A stretch of 63,777 bases of DNA, the filler included, from Stramenopiles sp. TOSAG23-6 (lineage: Eukaryota), in NCBI GenBank assembly GCA_900128565.1. It is 5 parts of 5 records of this genome, joined end to end, with 100 filler letters (N's around TTAATTAATTAA, not from the genome) between each part and the next. Parts side by side here need not be neighbours in the genome. Positions count along the whole stretch, not along the records: positions 1 to 12,717 come from LT636192.1; positions 12,818 to 25,512 come from LT636193.1; 3 more parts are not named here. One strand, written 5' to 3'. Of this stretch, positions 11,301-20,769 are shown piece by piece. Both the position numbers and the translations under genes were made by a program. The notes beneath the pieces are model-generated. The model ran no database searches. It was given only the letters and a program-made list of their open reading frames with translations, and was not told the DNA's origin. Position 1 is the stretch's first letter, and each line of letters opens with the position of its first letter.

Positions 11301-12716
11301 GAATGTTGAGTATCCTGTTGTGACAGACAAGGATCCACTTACACCATCAGTTCCAGCATTTGCGGTATTAATAGAAAATGAACCACTTGATGTGGCAAGA
11401 CCATTTCCTGATGTAATTGATACAGAACCACCATTTCCGATTGAGTTTGCACCAGCGGAAGCAATTACTCTGCCTCCCGAAAGAAGTGAACCAGAACCAA
11501 CAGTAATACGCATACTCCCACCAACTCCTAACACGGATGATTGTCCTGTTTGAAAATTGATAGCACCAGTGCTTCCACCAGAAGACGTACCAGAGTGTAA
11601 AGTCAATGAACCACTTATACCATCAGAACCTGAATCCGCCGTACGTATCGAAAATGAACCACTGGATGTGGCTATACCACCACCAGATATCAAAGAGATA
11701 CCACCACCAGTCACACTGCTCTCTCCAGCACTAATCATAATATCGCCCCCAATTCCTGAGTCACTCGCGCCTACTAATAAGCTAATACTACCCGCAGAAT
11801 TGCTGCCTCCAGAGCCAGTACGAACGAGTATAGAGCCACTAGCACCCCCATTGCCAGTCCCATCTTGGCTTGCAGTTCCAGAAATAACAAATACTTCCCC
11901 AGAGGAACCACCACCATTAACCGATAACACAGTCAAACTTTCGCTCCCAAATTGAGTTTGAACATTTGGATGAAACACACCAGATGAAACAATAACATCT
12001 ACACTTGTTCCGGATACAGAACTTTTTACAACACCGCTAGCATTATTCTGAGATACACTGTCGCCAAGCGAAAAACTATATGAAGTTGACACAGTCAAGG
12101 TTATGATATTTCCACTATTTGATGTACGTATACTAAATGCCCCACTATTTCCTGAAGTGCCATAACCAGAAACTAAAGATATAGATCCACCAGCACTATT
12201 AGAATCAGTAGAAGTCCCCGCTGCTATAACAATACGACCACCACCGCCTTTGCTACCTGAACCAACAGCCAGACTTATGCTACCACCAGCACCTTTGGTG
12301 GCATTTCCACTACGAAGAGAAATATTTCCACTTGAGCCTTCAGTTGCCAACCCAGTTGCAAATGATAAAATACCACTTACTCCAGTCGAACCAGCATCCG
12401 ATGTACGAATACTGAAAGAACCACTCGATCCAGACGAACTCCATCCAGAAACTAATGAAAATGAACCCCCAGTAGCTAACTCCGATATACCTGACTGCAT
12501 AACAATTCGACCTCCAGACATTAATGAACCTTCACCTACGACAATGCTAACACTGCCCCCTGCACCCGACGTGGAAGTACCCGTACGCAACATCAAATGT
12601 CCACTACTACCTTCCGATGTAGTACCAGAAATGAATGATAATCCACCGCTAACACCATTCGTCCCTGAATTACTTGTACGAATGCTGAAAGACCCGCTTG
12701 ATTTCGAAGAACTGGA
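8394..12716 (-). CDS. Paralogous giant Gly/Ser/Thr-rich repeat protein with a shorter, different C-terminus, 5'-partial
   Basis: 1400-aa ORF, identical to the + strand gene up to NVKIQTG and divergent afterwards. Confidence 0.8.
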   Translation of the reverse strand, partial: SSSSKSSGSFSIRTSNSGTNGVSGGLSFISGTTSEGSSGHLMLRTGTSTSGAGGSVSIVVGEGSLMSGGRIVMQSGISELATGGSFSLVSGWSSSGSSGSFSIRTSDAGSTGVSGILSFATGLATEGSSGNISLRSGNATKGAGGSISLAVGSGSKGGGGRIVIAAGTSTDSNSAGGSISLVSGYGTSGNSGAFSIRTSNSGNIITLTVSTSYSFSLGDSVSQNNASGVVKSSVSGTSVDVIVSSGVFHPNVQTQFGSESLTVLSVNGGGSSGEVFVISGTASQDGTGNGGASGSILVRTGSGGSNSAGSISLLVGASDSGIGGDIMISAGESSVTGGGISLISGGGIATSSGSFSIRTADSGSDGISGSLTLHSGTSSGGSTGAINFQTGQSSVLGVGGSMRITVGSGSLLSGGRVIASAGANSIGNGGSVSITSGNGLATSSGSFSINTANAGTDGVSGSLSVTTGYSTFGSTGNISISSGDSISGHGGSVSIVVGSSSINSGGRINFSGGSIDGRCDLRVTLSSISLSGGQLTVTGLXTATYTKGSILTQDLARGSVLSTVTGTSITLDVQTGTFQQDSIATFGDVTFSESMRSNQVSCECDCSTGSNCSDTSSCTSNNGTIRLPGYWITPAATGGAISMISGFSTSSSSGSFSILTANAGSSSGTTGLLSFSTGMSTEGSSGAIILRSGIANKGAGGSISIMVGSGNDGSGGRITLSGGDSFTTGGAVSMVSGFGFSTSSGAFSIKTGDTDSSGVSGFLSLSTGISSEGSSGAVMIRSGNAVNGAGGSVSVVVGSGSNSNGGRLVMTAGESTSTTANGGSISLVSGFGNTSNSGSFSIRTQXGGSEGTSGIIQISTGDSDCTGNSCVDISTGAIVLRTGVATGGRGGNISIVVGKGSVASGGDIKLTAGAAENATGGXISMTAGYGVATSSGSFSIRTANAGTDGVSGSLSLTSGTTSNGSSGSITLRTGSAVLGDGGSISIVVGNGNGGGRVIISSGQSTQETGGAISISSGFGSTTSSGSFSIRTPNAHDGVSGSLSFKTGTASVGSSGAIILRTGDVGSSATGEGGGVSMIVGSSEGDSNGGNVFVRAGDASNSGSGSGGNVKIQTGEPISGGTGNPGHFVASLGSNSSNEIYLDATSSHFKTVGSLTLTSGEGSQYENNIQLQSSGEIQVSGSDTMEFSTTSTSAESFELGTSGVGGTIKVTGKAFFKDGIGFGRYTGSSSFAKSPILYYMNQGELDFSEGHCSSTAGSSDSDFLTAVSASTHCTIDLPSAGAYIQGRHIIEQPSGSWQGQNTYFKSFVTPPQRLGVTKYEDLNQSDTSTHSCAPYGLADNPPTLDASYSGXNCSIIWMSWVEGSGDNVYIYIRLMNASDNSISFKIGEGSCTDGTSTTQSSCVAASETWTAGEWTWQYLVFGHKCHTASGNTELACYSNYS

Positions 12717-12717
12717 T
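9374..12717. repeat. Inverted repeat arm B
   Basis: Reverse complement of 1..3344. Confidence 0.95.
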
Positions 12718-12817
12718 NNNNNNNNNNNNNNNNNNNNNNNNNNNNNNNNNNNNNNNNNNNNTTAATTAATTAANNNNNNNNNNNNNNNNNNNNNNNNNNN
12801 NNNNNNNNNNNNNNNNN
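12718..12817. other. Artificial contig linker N44-TTAATTAATTAA-N44
   Basis: The same 100-bp structure occurs four times; the core gives stops in all frames. Confidence 0.97.
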
Positions 12818-12872
12818 TATAAAAATTTTGTACCTAACGATTTTTTTTTTGAAATATTTTTCCAAAATACAT
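12818..12872 (+). mobile_element. Family intron, 3' part (ends AT)
   Basis: TTTTGTACCTAAC...TCCAAAATACAT; the contig starts inside it. Confidence 0.85.
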
Positions 12873-15800
12873 TTGGCCAGAAAGAAAATTTGTGTAATGA
12901 TAAAACAAATGCGGAAGCGTCAGGAAATTCTGGAACAATAGTGACTACTGTACGTCGTGGAAGTGGAACCTTTGGTGATGATAATAGTAGTGATGATTCA
13001 CAAAATAGCGATGACTATTCTTTGCAGTTGAAGCGTGGTACATCTGCTGGTTTTGGTAAAGGTGTCCGTTTTGAAGAAAATGAAGAATGTGATACAATGG
13101 CGAATACAGTTCAAGAGAATCATGTGAAACCAAGAAATAATAATTGGCATTTTAGAGGTTTTGGTAGAGATGACCAATCTAGTGTGTCCGATTTTAGAAA
13201 CGGGAGCAGTGGAGGAGGATCTCATAGCGATGTAGGCGGTGCACGCAGTCGCTTTGGTGCAAACAGTACTGAGAGTGGATACGAATGTGTCGATGTACGT
13301 TTTCATAGATGAATTTCAAATTTTGTTTTTTTGGTAGAAAATTTTATACCTAACAATTTTTTTTTTTTTTTTTGAAATATTTTTCCACAATATATGATCA
13401 GAGTGAATCAATGAGTGATGATTCAGGCAATGGTGAACCTCAAGTAGTGTCTGTTTTTGTACCTGAAGATTGGCTTGAAGGACAACATATCCTAGTGACC
13501 ATGACGGATGGTCATAGATATACTCTCGCTGTTCCTCCAGGAATGTACGTTTTACTTTTTTTTTAATTCCAATTTTTTTTTTTTAGTTTTCGTACGAAAT
13601 TTTGTACCTAACAATTTTTAGTTTTTTTTTTCAAATATTTTTCCAAAACACATTGGTCCAGGAGAATCATTTCAAACAGAACTTCATAGTCACATGCCTG
13701 AACCTGAGGTTGTTTCTGTTCCTGTACCTTTAGACTGGCAAAAAGGGCAACATATACTAATTAGCATGACTGATGGTCGGAGATATACCCTTGCCGTACC
13801 CCCTGGCATGTACGTTTTCATTATGAATTTCAAATTTATTTTTTTTTTAATACGAAATTTTGTACCTAACATTTTTTTTTTTTTTTTGAGTTTTTATTTC
13901 GATACGTTTTCATTATGAATTTCAAATGTATATTTTTTTTCCATAAAAAAATTTCACATCTAACCAATTTAAAAAAAAACAATTTTTTTCACAAAACATT
14001 GGTCCTGGTGAAGTATTTCAAGCTCATTTACGGCCAAATAAAAATGGTGAATATGAAGAAGATAATAGAAGTAGTCAGGAAAATAACGAGGAAGGTACAG
14101 ATAATCCTAACCCTAACCCTAAAGATACGAATGAAAATCGTGCAGATAAATCTATTCAAGATATTGATGATATTGAAATAGACGGTAAACGAGATGATAG
14201 CCATATTGATGATAAAGATAATCATTTGGGGGAGGTAAAACAACAAGGAAATTCGGAAGTGCTTTCAAAGACACCATCCTGTACATTTTCATTTTGATTT
14301 CCAAATTGTTTTTACTAAGAAAATGGAAAATTTTGTACCTAACAAATTTTTTAAATCAAAAAATATATATATATATATTCACAATATATGGTTTCATCCA
14401 ACGCCTGGTAAACGTCGAAACGATGTGAGTCATTTAGATGACATTATACAGCAACGTAATAAAGAAGAGCAGGAAGTATTTTATGTGCGTTTTCATCATG
14501 AATTTCAATTTTGTTTTCGTACAACATTTTGTACCTAACGATTTTTATAACAAAAAAAAAATATTTTTTCACAATATATGCTCAGCAACAGCACAGAAAT
14601 ATATCACGTTTTGATGGAAAGCAAAGTCAGCATTACCCTAACCTAACCGTTAATGCTGGACGGTTTGATGGAAAGCAAAGTCTTGGTTCAAATACATCAA
14701 ATATTGATCAGCCACAACATCACCAATATCAAGATCAGCAAAGATTGCATCAACAGCAACAACACGAAGACCATGTGAACCATCACCGCCAAATTAAATT
14801 ACAAAAGATGCAATTACAGATTGATGATCAACAGAGGCAAATTCGTCGTCAAATTCAAGAACGGAAAGTTTTTGATCAAATTCGACATGAACAGCAACAA
14901 CATGAGGAACAAATTCGATTACAAATTCACATTCGACCTCAAAACATGTATGTTTTATTTTTTTTTTTTACAGAAAAATCGAATTTATTTTTTTCAAAAA
15001 AATTTGTACCTAACAATTTTTTTTAGATTTTTTTTGAAATATTTTTCCAAAATACATGCAGATTTTTTTTGAAATATTTTTCCAAAATACATGCAGCAAC
15101 AAAATATGCATATGAGAATGCAAGTAGATCATCATACCCAGCAGCAGCAAGAGATTGATCGTCGACATCATCAGCAACAAAGTTGTTCTACAGATGATGT
15201 GACGTATGAGAATCGGAAAAACCCTAACCATAAAACGCATGAGAGTCGGAAAAACTCTCGGCGTCGACAAGAAGGAATTAGACGGAGAAGAAGAAGTAGT
15301 AGTGGTAGTAGTGTTAGTCACGTCAAAGTTGCTCCACCAAATTCATTCCCTGTTACCAGTGATGGCGTTGACAGCGATGGAGTAGGTCGTCGTCGTAGTA
15401 GCAGTAATAGTAGTACTTTCGCTACATATCTTCAACAATTACCGTCTGATGATGGAAAACCAACATTCTTCCCTAACCCTAACCCTAATGGAGTTGATGA
15501 CCACAGCCGTCGAACATCAGGAACTCATGAATTAACCTCAATTAGTGGTATTAATAGTAGTGGTGGTATGCTCAGTAGTGTAGATTGTTTTTTCATCATT
15601 CATTTTTTACCTTTTTTTTTTTTTTTTAATATGAAAATTTTGTAACGAACGAGTTTTTGTAAAAAAAAAAATATTTTTAACAATACATGGAGCTAGTAGT
15701 TTTGGCGGTACTCAAACGACCCAGCCGAGACTAAGTCTAGGTGGGCGCTTAAGTATGGGAAACCGTCTTAGTATTGCAGGTCATCTTGGATTACCACCCC

Positions 15801-17202
15801 TTCCATGTACGTTTTAAATATTGAAAATGCATTTTTTTTTTGGTACGAAATTTTGTACCTAATCAAAAACAATAAAAAAAAAATATTCTTTACAATACAT
15901 GTACTCAACCTCGTCATCGACTTCCAGTTCCTGGTGCTACATCAAATTCATCTCAGAGATGCTGGACATATACCCCAAATGGGACTACGTATGTTTTATT
16001 TTTTTTCAATTTCGATTTTTTTTTCGTACGAAATTTTGTACCTAACGAATTTTTTTTGAAATATTTTTCCAAAATACACAAACCATACAGATGAGGCTGC
16101 CGTATTAGCAGCAGAAATGAATACCGCAGAAAGACACTTACAAAAGGCAAATGATGCAAATGCCATTGCGGAAGCTCATCGCCTCGAAGCTCATCGTTTG
16201 ACACAGTTGTGTGCTCATAATTGTGGATATCGTCAACGTGGTCAGTCACCGGAAGCTCAGCATCAAGCTGCATCACTGGCAGTAGATCAAGCTGCTGAAC
16301 ACATGTATATTTTATTTTTTTTTTCAAATTCGATTTTTTTTTCGTACGAAATTTTGTACCTAACGATTTTGTTTTGTGAAATATTTTTCCAAAAGACATG
16401 GAAATTGCACAAACTGCAGCTTTACTCGCTAAATCGCATATGGCTGCAACCGAAGCAGCCATTGGCCGATCCCCCTTACAACCATTATCTTTTCGGAATG
16501 GCAATTCTCATTTACCTACTGCTTTAGGAGTATGTACGTTTTCATATCAATTTTGAATGTAATTTTTTTTTCGTATGAAATTTTGTACCTAACGAAATTT
16601 TTTTCGAAATATTTTTTCATAATCCATGTGTTGATTCGATGAGTCCATCCGGATGCTTCGAGACGCATTCACATCAGAAGAACCCAGTTTCAATATATGG
16701 TTCTGGTGTTACGTATGAAAGTTTATCAAATCAAGCAAGCATTCCAACAACGACGGCAACATTTGGAACATTACCATCACCTCAATATTTTGATACTCAA
16801 GGTAATGCCATCGGTACTTCAAGTCAGCAACATGAGCAACGTAATGCAAGACATCAACTTTTAGAATTTCAGCACCAACAAAAACAAAAACAGAATTATG
16901 AAGAACAAACGCTGTTGCTAAAAATTCAGCAAGAACGAAATCGGCAACAGCAACAGCAACAGCAACAACAGCAACAACCACAACAACAACAACAATATGA
17001 TGGTGGGAAGACTCATCAAAAAGTATATCAGTCTGGTCAAGTTCCTCTTAATGTGAATATACCCCCGGTAGATCTGAGCTTTGATTTCAACCAATTTCCC
17101 CATCAGTTACCTATAGATGGTAGTAACTGGTCGAGGAATGCTAGAACTGGAGTAGGCACTAAATCTCTCTTTTCTACTAATCCCTCAAATGTCAGAAGGT
17201 AA
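12873..17202 (+). CDS. Low-complexity Q/S/D-rich protein of unknown function, 12 exons, 5'-partial
   Basis: Removing 11 family introns at GT..AT/AC boundaries gives one continuous frame to the stop at 17202. Contains two copies of a VSVxVP...VPPGIGPGExF domain. Confidence 0.75.
13295..13395 (+). mobile_element. Family intron GT-AT (101 nt)
   Basis: GAT|GTACG...CAATATAT|GAT; frame restored. Confidence 0.85.
13545..13653 (+). mobile_element. Family intron GT-AT (109 nt)
   Basis: Removal gives VPPGIGPGESF. Confidence 0.9.
13810..13999 (+). mobile_element. Family intron GT-AT, double unit (190 nt)
   Basis: Removal gives VPPGIGPGEVF; two tandem internal units. Confidence 0.85.
14281..14389 (+). 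mobile_element. Family intron GT-AT (109 nt)
   Basis: TCCT|GTACA...CAATATAT|GG; frame restored. Confidence 0.85.
14485..14579 (+). mobile_element. Family intron GT-AT (95 nt), GTGCG start
   Basis: TAT|GTGCG...CAATATAT|GCT. Confidence 0.85.
14948..15092 (+). mobile_element. Family intron GT-AT with duplicated 3' end (145 nt)
   Basis: Only the distal AT restores the Q-rich frame. Confidence 0.75.
15580..15688 (+). mobile_element. Degenerate family intron GT-AT (about 109 nt)
   Basis: Divergent core TTTTGTAACGAAC; ends CAATACAT; 5' boundary less certain. Confidence 0.65.
15807..15900 (+). mobile_element. Family intron GT-AT (94 nt)
   Basis: Consensus motifs; frame restored. Confidence 0.85.
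15989..16079 (+). mobile_element. Family intron GT-AC (91 nt)
   Basis: AC|GTATG...AAAATACAC|AAAC; AC duplicated. Confidence 0.85.
16305..16399 (+). mobile_element. Family intron GT-AT (95 nt)
   Basis: Removal gives AAEHMEIAQ. Confidence 0.85.
16534..16627 (+). mobile_element. Family intron GT-AT (94 nt)
   Basis: Consensus motifs; frame joins ORF 16639..17202. Confidence 0.8.
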
Positions 17203-17358
17203 TTTACACTGTTATTAAGTAAAATGACTTTATACCATAATTTCAATTTTATATTATTTTTTTTTTTTAAAAATACGTTAGGTACAAAAAACTGCTTGAA
17301 AAAGTTATACGAATTGTAATTCTAATTTTGGGTTTATTATTATGATGAATAATTTTTA

Positions 17359-18460
17359 CTAGAGTTGTTTCTGCAAATGTGCATGACTTGAACCAAAATG
17401 ATCTGGTACTTCATGGATATATTTATACAAAAAGGTATGTCCGATATATGCAACGAAACTTCCTATAAAGTACGCGACAAAAGCAACTCCACCGCCTAGA
17501 AATAAAAATTCAAACCCGGTTCGGCACGAAGATTTGGACTGAGTACTTATTGAGTCTATAATGCAAGGCGAGAGATAACTTTTCCAAGATTTGAATTCAT
17601 TTGTTTTCGGATTTTTGAGACAACTTGTAGTGACCCCAAGAAGAAAAAGAACAATTCCCGTAGAAATACAGGCGATTTTGAACATCCCATTTTCACCACA
17701 ATCAGGATCTAAGAGAGGAGCTACAGAATACATAAACAAGGGGATGAATCCAAATACAACAAAGGAGAGAAATGTGATGAATCCATCCTTCCAGGGAGAT
17801 TCATCATCTTCAGGTAGTTGCAGTTGAAGTTTTTCCAACATTAAAGTATTGTGAAAAAATATTTCGAAAAAAAAATCATTAGGTACAAAATTTCGTACGA
17901 GTACGAAAAAAAAATTAAAATTTTGAAATTGCAAACGTACAAAGTTCAAGTAGGATGTCATCGTATTTGGCAATTGTGTGAACGACAACCATAGCTTTGT
18001 CACGAGGCAACCCTTTTTCAACATATGTGTCAACCAATGACTTAATTACAACAGGGCGAGCAACTTGTAAATTTTTTTCTTCTCGACTGAACTCTGATAG
18101 TACGTGTTCCTGATGAGCAATAGAACTCAAAGCATCTCCTACACCCATACCAACGGCGTCAGCTATTATATTAGAAATTCCCAAAATAAGTACAACCTTG
18201 GGACTCAACTGACCACCAGATGCACCAGAAATAATCGCAAATGTGGTGAGAATTCCATCCACACCTCCATAGACCACACTTTTTATCAAGTCACCGTTTT
18301 CACTATGAGCTTCTTCAGAAAACATTGCATCATCATCAGCTGCTGAAGGAATTGTGTGCGAAGAAATTAATTCATCACGATCCAAAGCTTGGTAAGCTGA
18401 ACGAGCACCACTTAAATTACGCACTTTGTCCGCGGCACTAACTGGATTATGAGGAGGCAT
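17359..18460 (-). CDS. VIT1/CCC1 family vacuolar iron transporter, 2 exons
   Basis: IKSVVYGGVDGILTTFAII, NIIADAVGMGVGDALS and ESPWKDGFITFLSFVVFGFIPL motifs. Confidence 0.9.
17844..17940 (-). mobile_element. Family intron GT-TT (97 nt)
   Basis: CTTT|GTACG...CAATACTT|TAATG gives LLELLMLEKL; TT duplicated. Confidence 0.88.
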
Positions 18461-18837
18461 TTTGAGCAAAACCTAGAGGGAAGATGAGATACTATTAAGG
18501 TAACAAAAAAAATATGTCATTGACAATTTCTCGAAAAAATCCATTTTGATATTTGATTGAAGAGTCGACTTAGCAGTCAAAAAAAATGAGAAATTGAGAA
18601 ATTGAGAAATAATTGAGAAAGTAGAGTCAGCGACACGTCGTCTCGCGAGAAGAAGTCAATAGGTCCTATATCGATATAATACAGTATACTATTAACTTCT
18701 TGAAATTTAACTTCATTGCATCTACGCAGCTATATCTGCGTAAGACATTTAACATTGCTTTATTTTCTTTTCGCATATACTCACGGATAGGTCAAAACCT
18801 TCGATATTTATCTCAATTTCGAAACACTGGCATACAA

Positions 18838-20363
18838 ATGGAACGAAACATTGTTCAATCTACACAAAACTCTGAATTTGTTCTTGACCGCAGTATATTT
18901 TCCAAATCTATTCCAGTGTCTGCCTTACGCATACGTCCAGAGCAATGCAATGTTTTTACAAAGAAATTGAGGCGTATTATATTTAAACGGCGAAAAGTTC
19001 GACCGATAGTTTCGGATCCTTCTGACTCGACACACAAGCTACTTCTTTTAAGTGACACCATTGGAAACCACAATGGAAACCACAATGATGGTGATACAAA
19101 TGATGGTGATACGTCTACACTCTCGGAAGATATTTCACCTGAAATAATGGATTTTATTACAAGTCAAGGTGCTTCATTTGTTCCATATTCTATTACTATG
19201 GGCTATGAACATCTTACTGCAAGCCAAGTGTTAGCTGAAGTTCTACCAGTAGGAGTCCAGGTGCCATCATCTTTTGAGACTATAGGTCATATTGCCCACG
19301 TGAACCTTCTTGAAGAACAATTGCCATTTAAGAAAATTATTGGTGAAGTATTTTTAGAAAAGAATTCTCCTCGTATTCGAACAGTTGTAAATAAAGTTGG
19401 AACAATTCAAACGAAATTTCGGACTTTTCCAATGGAGATTTTGGCTGGTGAAGATGACACAATAGTTGAGTGCATCGAAGGTGGAGCTCGATTCAAACTT
19501 GACTATCGATCTGTATACTGGAATTCTCGGTTACAAATGGAGCATATGCGTAGAGTGGAGCTCATTGCTGGTCCTCTGATTAAGAAGAAACGCGGTAAAA
19601 ATAAAAATAAAAATTTTGAAAATAGTTCAAAAATTGAAATAAAAAAGGATGAAACGGTGAATAGAATTCTATCATCGAAACCTTTAGTCATTGCGGATAT
19701 GATGTGTGGAATTGGACCATTTGCTATACCTCTAGCAATGCGTGATTGTGTGGTACACGCGAATGACTTAAACCCAGAGTCGTATAAATGTACATTTTCA
19801 TTTCAATTTCGAATTTAGTTTTTTTTTGGTTTTCGTACGAAATTCTGTACCTAACAAATTTTACAAAAAAAAAATATTTTTTCACAATACATATCTCAAA
19901 GAGAATTGTGCCTTGAATAAAGTATCTTCGTTGATAACAACGTATAATTTAGATGCACGTGTTTTCATAAAAACATTGTTGAAACAGTCCATTACATTTG
20001 ATCATGTCATTATGAATTTACCTGCTTTATCACTGGAATTTATAGATGTCTTTTCTGGACAGGTTTGTGCTGATTGGGAGAAAATGCCAAAGTTACATTG
20101 TTATTGTTTTTCTAGTGCATCCACAGTAACCGAAAGACGCAATGATGTTATTAAGAGAGCTGAGATATCCTTAGGTCGTCCTTTAGATTCAGCAAATGTT
20201 CAAACAAAAGAGGTAAGAGATGTCGCACCTAATAAGATAATGTATGTTTTATTTTTTTTCAATTTCTAATTTATTTTTCGTACGAAATTTTGTATTGTGT
20301 GTATCATTCACACTTCCTTCTGTATCACTAGAATCTTCTAAAAAACGGATTCGTAGTATATAA
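18838..20363 (+). CDS. TRM5: tRNA (guanine-37-N1) methyltransferase, 3 exons
   Basis: PSSFETIGHIAHVNL, VYWNSRLQMEH, DMMCGIGPFAIP, ANDLNPES, HVIMNLP and VRDVAPNK..CVSF motifs. Confidence 0.93.
19790..19892 (+). mobile_element. Family intron GT-AT (103 nt)
   Basis: Removal gives NPESYKYLKENCALNKV. Confidence 0.92.
20242..20293 (+). mobile_element. 3'-truncated family intron
   Basis: GTATGTTTT...CGTACGAAATTTTGT is followed directly by exon LCVSFTLP; CCTAAC and the 3' module are missing. Confidence 0.6.
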
Positions 20364-20614
20364 TAAAACGGATTTGTAATATATACAATGGAATAAAACG
20401 GATTTGTAATATATACAATGGATTTGTTTTGTAGTGTATAAAATAAATTTCATGGATTATTTAAAAGATTTTTTTTAGATGTATAAAATAAATTTCATGG
20501 ATTATTAAAAGATTTTTTTTAGATGTTTTTATGTATTTCAACGAATTAATTTCAAGAATTTCGAAACCTCAGCGTATATATGTCTATAGATATACGTGAA
20601 GGAAAATAATCAAT

Positions 20615-20737
20615 ACTAGTCGTCAAAGTATAACCCTAACCTTACGTAGTACGTAGTATACAACTAGTCGTCAAAGTATAACCCTAACCCTAGTATACAA
20701 CTAGTCGTCAAAGTATAACCCTAACCCTAGTATACAA
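20615..20737. repeat. ~37-bp tandem repeat containing AACCCTAACCC, about 3 copies
   Basis: CTAGTCGTCAAAGTATAACCCTAACC repeated three times. Confidence 0.8.
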
Positions 20738-20769
20738 AAGGTATTCATTTCCTAATAGAATGAAATTGA

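Noticed and set aside
1-12717. Virus or transposon with terminal inverted repeats
   Set aside because: The inverted arms are mid-CDS sequence cut by contig ends; no capsid, polymerase, integrase or transposase is visible.
12762-12773. TTAATTAATTAA palindrome recurring about every 12.7 kb
   Set aside because: Artificial linker inside N runs; gene adjacency across it is meaningless.
13372-16527. Recurrent peptides (YEILYLT, FVPN, KYFSKI, LGTKFR) as a protein repeat domain
   Set aside because: They appear in all frames and on both strands; they are translations of the intron family.
19788-19890. U12-type AT-AC minor introns (many copies can be read AT...AC with a CCTAAC branch motif)
   Set aside because: The U12 donor RTATCCTTT is absent. 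In ADAT1 that register creates a TGA stop, and many copies have CT, TT, GT, AC or TA in place of the initial AT.
20364-20530. Short tandem duplications in 3' spacers (also near 27397..27452)
   Set aside because: Ordinary local duplications with no evidence of function.
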